Below, in pieces: positions 29,395 to 38,739 of a stretch of 64,000 nt of DNA. The position numbers and the translations under genes are program-made. The stretch spans positions 49,637 to 113,636 of the forward strand of contig JBAXNW010000002.1 of assembly GCA_037133555.1 (NCBI GenBank), in the 5' to 3' direction. Under the pieces are notes generated by a model. That model saw nothing but the letters and a program-made list of their open reading frames with translations, made no database searches and was not told the DNA's origin. Source of the DNA: Bacteroidota bacterium (lineage in GTDB: Bacteria; Bacteroidota; Bacteroidia; Bacteroidales; JACABE01). How positions within the stretch are numbered: position 1 is the first letter of the stretch; each line of letters starts with the position of its first letter.

Positions 29395-30588
29395 TTAATT
29401 TCCATAAATTCTTTTTACATTCCTCGTATTCATTGAAGCAAGCAAGGCTGCAGGGTCTTTAAAACGGCTGGTAAGCATCATGGCTGCAATAATATAAGGT
29501 TTAAATCCAGCTTCTTTATAGGTTTCAATTCTATATTTTTCAAAAACATCTTTTGCTACTTCACCTTCAGCACAAGAAATACCAGTAATATCAGCAGGTA
29601 AACAGTGCATATACAAAGCTTCCCCATTTTTAGTCAATTTCATTTTTTCAGCATCACATTCCCAGTTTTTAAATTTAGCATTGTTGGTCAGACATTCTTT
29701 TTCAAGGTCTTTCAAGCCTATTTTATCATCAGCATAGAGTAATTTAGTACGATTCTGCATTACGGAATAGGGTGCCCAGCTTTTAGGGTAAACGATATCA
29801 GCATTTCTAAAAGCTTCTTCCATTGAATTTACGATTTTAAAACTACCACCACTTAATTTTGCATTTTTGTCAGCAACAGCAATAACTTCAGGAATCAATG
29901 AATAACCTTCGGGATAGGCAAGCTCAACCTCCATACCATAGCGGGTCATCAAACCTATAATACCTTGAGGTACAGATAATGGCTTCCCATAACTGGGAGA
30001 ATATGCCCAGGACATTGCGATTTTTTTACCTTTCAGATTTTCCAAGGATCCAAAATAAGTTTTCAAATGCAATAAATCGGACATACTTTGAGTTGGATGA
30101 TCGATATCACATTGCAAATTAACTACTGCTGGTCGCTGAGGCAATACACCTTCATTAAAGCCGTCTTCTAAGGAATTTGCTACTTCTTTCATATAAGTAT
30201 GTCCTGCACCCAAATACATATCGTCGCGAATACCTATGATTTCAGTTAAAAATGAAATCATATTTGAAGTTTCCCTAACTGTCTCTCCATGTGCAATTTG
30301 CGACTTTCCTTCGTCCAAATCCTGAACCGTTAAACCTAACATATTTGCAGCAGATGCAAAAGAAAATCGAGTACGGGTTGAATTATCTCTAAATTGAGAA
30401 ACGGCTAATCCTGTTTCGAAACATTTAGTAGAAATATTATCCTTATTTAGGTTTTTTAAAGCTTCGGCAACGTGCATCAGCATTTCAAGTTCTGCCGATG
30501 ATTTCTCCCAGCTTAATAAAAAATCTTTACCATACAATGAGGCTTGGCTTTGTTTGATAACTTCTATATTTCTTTTAAAATTATCCAT
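29395..30588 (-). CDS. ygeW: YgeW-type (knotted) carbamoyltransferase
   Basis: FRDNSTRTRFSF carbamoyl-phosphate motif and HCLP. Long collinear similarity to my recollection of E. coli YgeW (DLDEGKSQIAHGETVRET..., LVNLQCDIDHPTQSM, YPKSWAPY, EALYMHCLPADI). Confidence 0.8.
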   Translation of the reverse strand: MDNFKRNIEVIKQSQASLYGKDFLLSWEKSSAELEMLMHVAEALKNLNKDNISTKCFETGLAVSQFRDNSTRTRFSFASAANMLGLTVQDLDEGKSQIAHGETVRETSNMISFLTEIIGIRDDMYLGAGHTYMKEVANSLEDGFNEGVLPQRPAVVNLQCDIDHPTQSMSDLLHLKTYFGSLENLKGKKIAMSWAYSPSYGKPLSVPQGIIGLMTRYGMEVELAYPEGYSLIPEVIAVADKNAKLSGGSFKIVNSMEEAFRNADIVYPKSWAPYSVMQNRTKLLYADDKIGLKDLEKECLTNNAKFKNWECDAEKMKLTKNGEALYMHCLPADITGISCAEGEVAKDVFEKYRIETYKEAGFKPYIIAAMMLTSRFKDPAALLASMNTRNVKRIYGN

Positions 30589-30604
30589 ATTTGAAATTTT
30601 AGTA

Positions 30605-30665
30605 TATAAAAATTTTGCTTAACTTTGATTGTATCGTTAAAAAATACAATCAAAGTTAAGCAAAA
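30605..30665 (-). terminator. perfect 22-bp stem hairpin after dnaN (terminator-like)
   Basis: TTTTGCTTAACTTTGATTGTAT / ATACAATCAAAGTTAAGCAAAA with a 9-nt loop. Followed by a U-run on the minus strand (A-run 30607-30612 on the plus strand). Confidence 0.55.
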
Positions 30666-30686
30666 TAAAATGTGTAAACGATTTTC

Positions 30687-31823
30687 TTATTGATTTAGCA
30701 TTACAGGCATTACCAACATTAATATTTCCTCGTTTTTATTATCATTATCAACAGGAACCAGAATACCTGCTCTATTAGGCTGAGACATCTCAATCGTAAT
30801 CATTTCGCTATCGAGATTGCTTAACATTTCTTGAAGGAATTTAGAATTGAAACCAATTTCCATGGCTTCACCGTTATAACTGCATGCTAATCTTTCTCTG
30901 GCTTCATTTGAATAATCAATATCTTCAGCAGAAATAAATAATTCCTGGCCACTAATTTTCAATCGCACCTGGTGAGTAGATTGATTGGCAAATATAGCAA
31001 CACGACGAATTGAGTTAAGAAAAGAAATCCTGTCAATAATTAATTTATTTGGATTTTCTTTTGGGATAACAGCTTCGTAATTAGGATATTTACCATCTAT
31101 CAACCGGCAAACTAATTCAATATTATCGAAAGTAAAAAAAGCATTTCGCTGGTTATACTCAATTTTAACTGGAATATCTTTATTGGTAAGTGTATTTTTT
31201 AATTGGTTTAACGGCTTTTTAGGAAGAATAAAAGAAGCGGAATTCTCAGCTTTAACGTCAGTTCTTCTATATCTTGCCAATTTATGAGCATCGGTTGCAA
31301 CAAAAGTAATATCATCGGGTGTTAATTCACAAAATACGCCTAACATTACCGGACGTAATTCGTCATTTCCAGAAGCAAATAATGTTTTAGCAATAGCGGA
31401 TGCAATTATGTCAGAATTAATTTCAACAACAGTAGCATCTTCTAATACAGGAATTTGCGGGAATTCATCACCACTTTGTCCACTTAATTTATATTTACCT
31501 TCACCTGCTGAAATTTCAATACCGTTCGTTTTTGTATCAATACTAAAAACCAATGGAATATCTGGGAAGGTTTTTAAAGATTCTAATAATTTTTTAGCAG
31601 GAATAGCAATTGAACCCTCTTCAGCATCTCCAAGTGTTTCGTTATCCAAAGGAATATTTACAGTCATAGTAGTCTCTAAATCAGAAGCAGTTACTACTAG
31701 TTTTCCTTCTGTTAACTTAAACAAAAAGTTTTCGAGTATAGGTAAGGTAGCATTTGAACTTAATACACCACTTATGGTTTGTAAATTCTTCAATAACAAT
31801 GGGCTTTGTACTATAAATCTCAT
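30687..31823 (-). CDS. dnaN: DNA polymerase III subunit beta (sliding clamp)
   Basis: 378 aa with a three-domain clamp pattern, N-terminal MRFIV...LLKNLQ and C-terminal MLVMPVML. Confidence 0.92.
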   Translation of the reverse strand: MRFIVQSPLLLKNLQTISGVLSSNATLPILENFLFKLTEGKLVVTASDLETTMTVNIPLDNETLGDAEEGSIAIPAKKLLESLKTFPDIPLVFSIDTKTNGIEISAGEGKYKLSGQSGDEFPQIPVLEDATVVEINSDIIASAIAKTLFASGNDELRPVMLGVFCELTPDDITFVATDAHKLARYRRTDVKAENSASFILPKKPLNQLKNTLTNKDIPVKIEYNQRNAFFTFDNIELVCRLIDGKYPNYEAVIPKENPNKLIIDRISFLNSIRRVAIFANQSTHQVRLKISGQELFISAEDIDYSNEARERLACSYNGEAMEIGFNSKFLQEMLSNLDSEMITIEMSQPNRAGILVPVDNDNKNEEILMLVMPVMLNQ

Positions 31824-31894
31824 GTTTTTACAATTTTCTATTAATATTTATGCAAATGTAAATTAAAAAATAATTTAAATTGAAATTAAATTGA

Positions 31895-32959
31895 TTATTC
31901 TTTTGATTTTTTATCAACATCTATTTTAAAATAAGATGAAGGTTGAAAGATTGAATTATAGGTAAAGTATTGTAAAAACACAAAATCCTTGTCATCATTT
32001 ATCAATCCATAAAAGCGATCTCTATCAATAAGCAAAGGTTGATTTGTAACATCATCTAAAGAACCAAAAGCTGCTGGTTTTATAAAAGCTTTAAGAACTG
32101 TAGTTTTATCTGCAATATTTGTAAGGGTGACTATAGCCATAGGTTTATGTGAAACAATAGAATCTATATCACTCTTTTTTAAATCATTGAGAAATGCCTC
32201 TAATCCGAGATTGGCAAATGAGTTCATAAAGTTAAGTACTTTTGAAGTATCAAAACCATTCATTATTTTATTGGAAAACAGTAATTTAATTTCAAAGTCC
32301 CTATTAAAGCGAGAAATTTCAAAAGAAGATTCAGGCGCTGAAGGATATTCTATCTTAACTGTTTTAATATCACCTATTTTTGAATCAAATACAATTCGTT
32401 TACGCCAATCAAATTCTAAGGCTGAATAACGGGGCGTTAAAAAACCTCTAAAACCAGGGACGTAAACAATGAATGGCTCGTCAGAACCTTCAAGCAACAT
32501 AAAAGTACCTTGATTATCCTGGGTTTCATCGCCCACATAATAAACTTTGGTACATTTTTCATGTGGGAAAAGCCGTATTTTATTAAATAAATCAATACGA
32601 TAAACCATCTGATAAATTTCAACCTTTACACTTTTTGCAGCAAGCCATTTAATAATTGTGTTTCTTCCAGCTTTAGAAACAGGTTCTTTGACATGTAACT
32701 TCGAAATAGTTTCTAATAAAATTTCCATTCCATCAATCCGGGCAGGATATTTATCATTAACTTCCCATTTCTTTTCATCTAAACGCTTAATTGTTACACT
32801 ATTATTATTTTTATCACTCATAAAAATTTTAGTAATAGCACTTACGTCTTCAACAGCAAAATCCGCTTTTATGGTCGTTTTTGAACTTTTCAAAATTAAG
32901 ATGAATGCTATTACAGCAAGTATAATGGTAAATAATAAAATATATTTGTTCTTTAACAT
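31895..32959 (-). CDS. DUF4340-like protein downstream of gldG
   Basis: N-terminal membrane anchor. Its position directly after gldF-gldG is the usual place for this family. Confidence 0.45.
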   Translation of the reverse strand: MLKNKYILLFTIILAVIAFILILKSSKTTIKADFAVEDVSAITKIFMSDKNNNSVTIKRLDEKKWEVNDKYPARIDGMEILLETISKLHVKEPVSKAGRNTIIKWLAAKSVKVEIYQMVYRIDLFNKIRLFPHEKCTKVYYVGDETQDNQGTFMLLEGSDEPFIVYVPGFRGFLTPRYSALEFDWRKRIVFDSKIGDIKTVKIEYPSAPESSFEISRFNRDFEIKLLFSNKIMNGFDTSKVLNFMNSFANLGLEAFLNDLKKSDIDSIVSHKPMAIVTLTNIADKTTVLKAFIKPAAFGSLDDVTNQPLLIDRDRFYGLINDDKDFVFLQYFTYNSIFQPSSYFKIDVDKKSKE

Positions 32960-33020
32960 TTTTGAGAATTAAGTATGTGTTAATTTATGTTTTAGGTTAA
33001 AGGGTATAAGGTTTAATAAC

Positions 33021-34769
33021 TTATTTAGTATAACGACGTTTGCGTAAAAATGTAATGATCATGCCAAAAAGAATAATTACAACAACTGGCAAAACTAAAT
33101 TAATGAGTTGCCATTGTATTTTCGAATTTTCTATTTTGGTTTTATCTAACATTCTTAACTTTAGTTCACGTGAACGTACGGTAATCAAACCAGAATCATC
33201 ACAAAGAAAGTTCATACAATTGAGAATAAATTCCTTATTTCCAAACATTTGTCTAGTGTACTGATCGTAACCCAAAGGTAATGGGAAGCCTTTAGAATAA
33301 TGAAACTGGTTTTTAATCATATCTCCGTCAGAAACAACAATCATAGCTGTAGGTTTGCTTTTTTCGAGGAAACCAATTTTTTCACTTTTAGCTATATCAG
33401 TTGTAATTCTATTTGTAAAATTTGACTCAAATGCTCCTTCCAAAAGCACTGCCAATGATTGAAATGGTTTATTGTAAAGACGTTCTTCAGGTTCCTTTTT
33501 CAATATTCCTAAATCAATAATTACTGGTGTATTTACAAGCCGTGAATATTTTGAGGAAGTCAGTAAGATTGTTTTTTTTATGCCATTATCAATTGTATCA
33601 ATGCTACTTACAAATTCGGTTTTTATAGCATTTAAATTTTTTACGATTGGATGATTAGCTGTAGGCGTAATGGTTGGGAAATAATACCAAGGCAAAAAGC
33701 TTGTTTGTGGCTGGTTACCAACTTTTCCGGTAACAATCGGAATGGGTAGTGCCGAAATATCCATTATTAAATTTGTATTTAACCGAACACCATAACGGAA
33801 GAGCTGATCAGATAAGTTGACTTCATTGGCAATTCCAACGGTTTGATTTGTAGCTTTTAAACTATCCATACTGGCTAACACAGGGTCAATTAACCAAAGT
33901 ACTTTTCCTCCGTACATTATATATTGGTCAATTATAAATTTATCCTTTTCACTAAACGCTGAATCGGGTTTAGCTATAATAATAGCCCTGTAAATATTTG
34001 ATATTTTTGTTGCCGCAGAATCTGAAATTTCTCTTTTTGTAAGTTTATTAATTTGCTCATCAATTCTAATACGTTCCACTTCATAGTATTCAGAAAGAGC
34101 ATTCGTAATATCAAACATTTCATTGATATTCAATTCTCCATGTCCTTCGATTATGGCAATTTTAGGTTTTGCTCTAACGCTTAATTTACGAATAACATTT
34201 GAAATATTGTATTCCAATGCCTGAATCGAGTTATTTAAAACATTCTCAGACTCAAGACCCATCTGATTAACAAGCAATTGTAATGGGAGTGTCATTGTTT
34301 TATAAGTAACTTCTGCTCCGGGAAAAATTATTTGTTGAGCAGAACCTCCTTTTTGTTTGATTTGTAAATTTGTAGGTTGGATTCCTTTTTCAACCAACAA
34401 CTTATACATGTCATTTCTTTGTTTTTTGTCAACAATAGCATTTGGATTGATAAACTCATACTGAATATTACTATTGTATGCTCTGAATTCATCCAGCATT
34501 TCTTTTGTAGAATTACTCAGTCGTTTAAAGCCTGCCGGAAAATCGCCATCTAAGTATATTTTAAAATAAACGATATCATCTAATTTTTTCAAGAGGGTTT
34601 TAGTGGCAGGTGAAAGTGAATATCTTTTTTCAGCTGTTAAATCAAAACGGGTATAAACAAAACTGCCTATAATGTTTAATAGAACAATAATTATCACTCC
34701 ATAAAGAATTTGAATAATATTATTGCGTTTTATATTTGTTTTTCTTTTTTCCATAACATTATTGTTCAC
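33021..34769 (-). CDS. gldG: gliding-motility-associated ABC transporter accessory protein GldG
   Basis: 582 aa with TM anchors at both ends, immediately downstream of an ABC-2 permease. Classic gldF-gldG pair. Confidence 0.7.
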   Translation of the reverse strand: MNNNVMEKRKTNIKRNNIIQILYGVIIIVLLNIIGSFVYTRFDLTAEKRYSLSPATKTLLKKLDDIVYFKIYLDGDFPAGFKRLSNSTKEMLDEFRAYNSNIQYEFINPNAIVDKKQRNDMYKLLVEKGIQPTNLQIKQKGGSAQQIIFPGAEVTYKTMTLPLQLLVNQMGLESENVLNNSIQALEYNISNVIRKLSVRAKPKIAIIEGHGELNINEMFDITNALSEYYEVERIRIDEQINKLTKREISDSAATKISNIYRAIIIAKPDSAFSEKDKFIIDQYIMYGGKVLWLIDPVLASMDSLKATNQTVGIANEVNLSDQLFRYGVRLNTNLIMDISALPIPIVTGKVGNQPQTSFLPWYYFPTITPTANHPIVKNLNAIKTEFVSSIDTIDNGIKKTILLTSSKYSRLVNTPVIIDLGILKKEPEERLYNKPFQSLAVLLEGAFESNFTNRITTDIAKSEKIGFLEKSKPTAMIVVSDGDMIKNQFHYSKGFPLPLGYDQYTRQMFGNKEFILNCMNFLCDDSGLITVRSRELKLRMLDKTKIENSKIQWQLINLVLPVVVIILFGMIITFLRKRRYTK

Positions 34770-34775
34770 AACGGG

Positions 34776-35507
34776 TTACCATTTACGACTTTGAAGCGAA
34801 AGTTTTGTTAATAATAAAAATAAGCTAATAATACTAAAGTAATAAATCATATCTCTGGTATCTATCACGCCTCTACTGATGGATGAGTAATGATGGCTAA
34901 CTCCCAATGACTTAATAAACAAATCATATTTTCCAAACCATTCTAGAGAATAAATTAGCTCAAACCCAATATATATAGTTCCGCATAAAAAAACCGAAAT
35001 AATAAAAGATACAATCTGATTATCTGTTATAGAAGAGCTGAATAAACCTATAGCAGCAAATGATGCACCTAATAATAATAATCCAATGTATGAGCCCCAG
35101 GTCCCACCCATATCGATATTTCCAACTGGTAAACCCAAATGATAAACAGAATAGAAATAAATAAAAGTAGGAAGTAATGAAAAAGCAATCAAAACTATGC
35201 TTGCAAAAAACTTAGCAAGAATAATTTGCAAATCTGTTAAGGGTTTGGTAAGTAATATTTCTATCGTTCCACTTTTTTTTTCATCAGCAAAAGACCGCAT
35301 GGTAATCGCTGGAATAAGAAATAAAAAGACAAAAGGAGCAATCATAAACAAGCCATCCAGACCAGCAAATCCATAATCGAGTATATTTGAATCAGTTGGG
35401 AGTACCCATAAGAACAAACCATTGATTATCAAAAAAACAATAATTACAATAAACCCGATCAAGGAATTTAAAAAATTACTTACTTCCTTTTTAAATAATG
35501 TAAACAT
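34776..35507 (-). CDS. gldF: ABC-2 type permease GldF
   Basis: 243 aa with six TM helices, 6 nt upstream of gldG. Confidence 0.7.
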   Translation of the reverse strand: MFTLFKKEVSNFLNSLIGFIVIIVFLIINGLFLWVLPTDSNILDYGFAGLDGLFMIAPFVFLFLIPAITMRSFADEKKSGTIEILLTKPLTDLQIILAKFFASIVLIAFSLLPTFIYFYSVYHLGLPVGNIDMGGTWGSYIGLLLLGASFAAIGLFSSSITDNQIVSFIISVFLCGTIYIGFELIYSLEWFGKYDLFIKSLGVSHHYSSISRGVIDTRDMIYYFSIISLFLLLTKLSLQSRKW

Positions 35508-35613
35508 AATGGGAATGAATTAAAATAATGGCTGGCGAAATTAAGATTTTTCAACGAATAATGAAGTATCTTAACAATAATTAAGATACAGTATCTCACT
35601 AAATAAGTATCAT

Positions 35614-36387
35614 TTAAATAAACCTGACCTTAATAACATCCGCATAACTGAGTCCTAGCAAACTCTTGGCTTTATCATTATTCAGTGCAATTTCCAACAT
35701 CCCGTTTGAAGCAAATAAAGCAAGTAATTCGCCTTCAGGAACATCGTTGTATGATTTGCTTAACTTATTCACTATATTTTTTCTAACTTCAATACGGAAA
35801 GCTCTTCCTTTCTGAATACTTCTAAAATCAACTTCAGATATATTGGTAACAATATTTTCATAGCTATCAACATATACGACATTCCCTGAAATTGAGTTTT
35901 CATTTTTGATGGATAACAATGAATTTTTAACGTTAAGCTGATTTTTAACGCTTCCTAAATCTTCTAATTTTCCACCTTTTGCTATATAACAAGCAGCTTT
36001 AACAAAAACATCTTTAGTGGAAAATGTAAAATAATCAGAATCCTGAGTAATCTCTAATTCAACTATCCTTTCTGGCATTTTCTCAAAAATCAATGAAAAA
36101 ACACCATTATCGGCGCCAATAAAATAATGACCATCAGCATATATGCCAATATGAGGAGTGTCAATTGATGCCACAGTATTAAGTCCGATAATATGAATAC
36201 TTCCTTTTGGGAAATATGGATACGCATTTTTTACAATGAATGCTGCCTGAGCTATATCATAATGAGGTATTAAATGCGAAATATCAACAATATTCACATC
36301 AGATAGTTGGAAAAAAATAGAAGCTTTAACTACAGCAAGATAATGATCCTTTAATCCCCAATCGCTTGTAAGTGTAATTATTGACAT
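35614..36387 (-). CDS. SAM hydrolase / SAM-dependent halogenase family (DUF62) protein
   Basis: N-terminal ITLTSDWGLKDHYLAVVK matches the TDFG..D.YVG.MK signature. Size fits. Confidence 0.75.
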   Translation of the reverse strand: MSIITLTSDWGLKDHYLAVVKASIFFQLSDVNIVDISHLIPHYDIAQAAFIVKNAYPYFPKGSIHIIGLNTVASIDTPHIGIYADGHYFIGADNGVFSLIFEKMPERIVELEITQDSDYFTFSTKDVFVKAACYIAKGGKLEDLGSVKNQLNVKNSLLSIKNENSISGNVVYVDSYENIVTNISEVDFRSIQKGRAFRIEVRKNIVNKLSKSYNDVPEGELLALFASNGMLEIALNNDKAKSLLGLSYADVIKVRFI

Positions 36388-36449
36388 TTTCTTAATTTGA
36401 AATTTGCTCCAAAATTAATAATTTATATCCAATTGAAATGTTTTTTTAA

Positions 36450-36457
36450 TAATTTTG
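36450..36457 (+). promoter_or_regulatory. Bacteroidota -7 promoter box TAATTTTG
   Basis: Exact TAnnTTTG 31 nt upstream of ATG 36488. The TTG start in the ORF track (36455) lies within it. Confidence 0.45.
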
Positions 36458-36487
36458 AAATTTATAATTATTTATTTATTAATCAGA

Positions 36488-37441
36488 ATGAGCGAAAAAA
36501 TTATCACATTAGAATCTATTAATCCTGTTGATATACTTGGAATTAACAATAAAAACTTTGAATTATTGAAGCATTTTTTCACTAAAATTAAAATTATTTC
36601 AAGAGGTGAAGAAATAAAAATAATAGGTGAAGAAGAAGAAATTTTAATTTTTGAGAAAAAATTTCATTTAATTCTTACCCATTTCGAAAAATTTGGGAAG
36701 ATAAACGAAAACGACATTATGGAAATAATGGAAAACGGAGATTTTTTCATAAACAAAGAAGAAAACAATGATATATTGGTACATGGTCGAAATGGTTTAA
36801 TAATTAAAGCAAGGACACCTAATCAAATTAAAATGGTAGAAGCTTGCAATGAAAATGATTTGGTTTTTGCCATAGGTCCTGCAGGTACCGGAAAAACTTA
36901 TACAGCAGTTGCATTAGCCGTCAGGGCATTAAAAAACAAAGAAGTTAAACGAATCGTATTAACCAGACCAGCTGTAGAAGCAGGCGAAAACCTCGGTTTT
37001 TTGCCCGGTGATTTGAGAGATAAATTAGACCCCTATTTACAACCCTTATACGATGCACTTCGCGATATGATTCCAACTCAAAAACTTTTATCCTATTGGG
37101 AAGATGGAATAATAGAAATTGCACCTTTAGCTTTTATGCGTGGAAGAACCCTTGACCATGCATTTGTTATTCTCGATGAAGCCCAAAATGCTACCGAAGG
37201 TCAGATAAAGATGTTTTTAACAAGAATGGGGAAATCGGCAAAATTTATAGTTACTGGCGATATTACACAAATAGATTTACCTCGTAATCAAGCATCTGGA
37301 TTGATACAAGCCAGTAAAATATTACAAAATATAAATGGATTATCTTTCGTTTTTTTAGATGGCCGCGATATTATTCGTCATAAGTTGGTTACAAAAATCA
37401 TCAATGCTTATGATGGAAATAATAATCTCAGCTCATTTTAA
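36488..37441 (+). CDS. phoH: PhoH-family ATPase
   Basis: Walker A GPAGTGKTY, Walker B VILDEAQN, and TGDITQIDLP. Confidence 0.9.
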   Translation: MSEKIITLESINPVDILGINNKNFELLKHFFTKIKIISRGEEIKIIGEEEEILIFEKKFHLILTHFEKFGKINENDIMEIMENGDFFINKEENNDILVHGRNGLIIKARTPNQIKMVEACNENDLVFAIGPAGTGKTYTAVALAVRALKNKEVKRIVLTRPAVEAGENLGFLPGDLRDKLDPYLQPLYDALRDMIPTQKLLSYWEDGIIEIAPLAFMRGRTLDHAFVILDEAQNATEGQIKMFLTRMGKSAKFIVTGDITQIDLPRNQASGLIQASKILQNINGLSFVFLDGRDIIRHKLVTKIINAYDGNNNLSSF

Positions 37442-37526
37442 TTTTTTTAAATAAAAAAACACATTTACTTTTTTTTTGTTATATTTTTACAAATAAAAAA
37501 GGAAGTATAATCAATTTTTAAATTTT

Positions 37527-38684
37527 ATGAGAAAAATAATTGTATTATCTATATTTGTTTTTCTTAGTCTTCATATTCAAGTTTCAGGTCAAGACATAAA
37601 AGAAAATCGCTTGTTAGATAATTGGTCGTTAAACATTAATGGAGGAGCCAGTCTGTTCTGGGGAGATATTAGACAATATAAATTATACCCTGTTACCAAC
37701 TTTGAAAGCGAATGGAATGCTTCTTTTGGGATTATCCTTAGCAAACAAATCAATTCAATTTTCGAAATAAGAGGAGAATTTATCAAAGGAAATCTATCAG
37801 GAACCAAAAGGTCTTCAAATATTTACTTTAATTCGGAATTCAATGAATATATTATAAATGCAACACTTAATTTCAACAGACTTTTTTCTAGTCATCAATC
37901 TGATAATAAGTTAAATATATACGGTATCGGTGGAATTGGATTTGTTGATTACAGATCTGTCAAAAAAGAGCTAGGTAGCAATCTATACCTCGAAAGTAGA
38001 GGATATTCAGCGAATGGAAGTATAAAAGAAAAAATGACAACAGAAGCTGCTATTCCCTTTGGTTTAGGAGCTAAGTATAAAATTGCCTCAAATTTTGAAA
38101 TTAATTTCGAAAGCATTTGGACTGTAGTCAATTCTGATGATATCGACTTAAGCAAAGGTGGTTTTGATTATGATATCTTATCCCACACCTCCTTAGGTTT
38201 AACGTATAAATTTAGTCACATTCAAAAGAAAAAGCAAATTATTTTCAAAGAACATGATGATATTGTTGAAGTAAAAAAGGAAAAAGTAATTGTTGAAAAA
38301 CAAGAAGAAACAAAAAAAACAGTTGAATTAATAACTGAAGAACCTAAAGTAGTTGTAGTAAAAACTAAATTACTTAATTATGAATTTAAGGTTCAGGTGT
38401 TTGCTTCAAACTTTAAGTCAAATAATTCTTTTATCAAGAAGTATAATATTACAGAAGCTGTTCGAGAAGATTATAATGGCGTTTTATACAGATATTCAGT
38501 TGGTTCATTTAAAACATACAAAGAAGCCAAAGAAAAAGCTATTCAATTGATAAATGAGAATAAAATAATTGGTGCTTTTGTCGTTGGAATAAAAGATGGG
38601 AAACGTTTGGATTCTTTTAAAGAACTTCTTACGGACGATGAAAAAACAATCTTAAAAATAGCACCAGGGAGTCAACAAAAATAA
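37527..38684 (+). CDS. outer-membrane beta-barrel protein with C-terminal SPOR domain
   Basis: Signal peptide and an N-terminal barrel-like region. Lys/Glu-rich linker, then a SPOR-like segment FKVQVFAS...YRYSVGSFKTYKEAKE. Confidence 0.55.
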   Translation: MRKIIVLSIFVFLSLHIQVSGQDIKENRLLDNWSLNINGGASLFWGDIRQYKLYPVTNFESEWNASFGIILSKQINSIFEIRGEFIKGNLSGTKRSSNIYFNSEFNEYIINATLNFNRLFSSHQSDNKLNIYGIGGIGFVDYRSVKKELGSNLYLESRGYSANGSIKEKMTTEAAIPFGLGAKYKIASNFEINFESIWTVVNSDDIDLSKGGFDYDILSHTSLGLTYKFSHIQKKKQIIFKEHDDIVEVKKEKVIVEKQEETKKTVELITEEPKVVVVKTKLLNYEFKVQVFASNFKSNNSFIKKYNITEAVREDYNGVLYRYSVGSFKTYKEAKEKAIQLINENKIIGAFVVGIKDGKRLDSFKELLTDDEKTILKIAPGSQQK

Positions 38685-38739
38685 TTTGCAATAAATTGAT
38701 TTTCTTAATTTATTTTTGATTTTAATTTGGCCGGCTTCC

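Noticed and set aside
30687-31823. dnaN without dnaA/recF/gyrB neighbours as a hint of a replication origin or rearrangement
   Set aside because: I saw no DnaA-box clusters or AT-rich unwinding element nearby. To my knowledge, dispersed dnaN is normal in Bacteroidota.
31408-31866. 152-aa plus-strand ORF overlapping dnaN; also 32127-32429, 32658-32972, 61414-61737, 12968-13363 and 13026-13322
   Set aside because: All are antisense or out-of-frame within confidently assigned genes and lack signals of their own.
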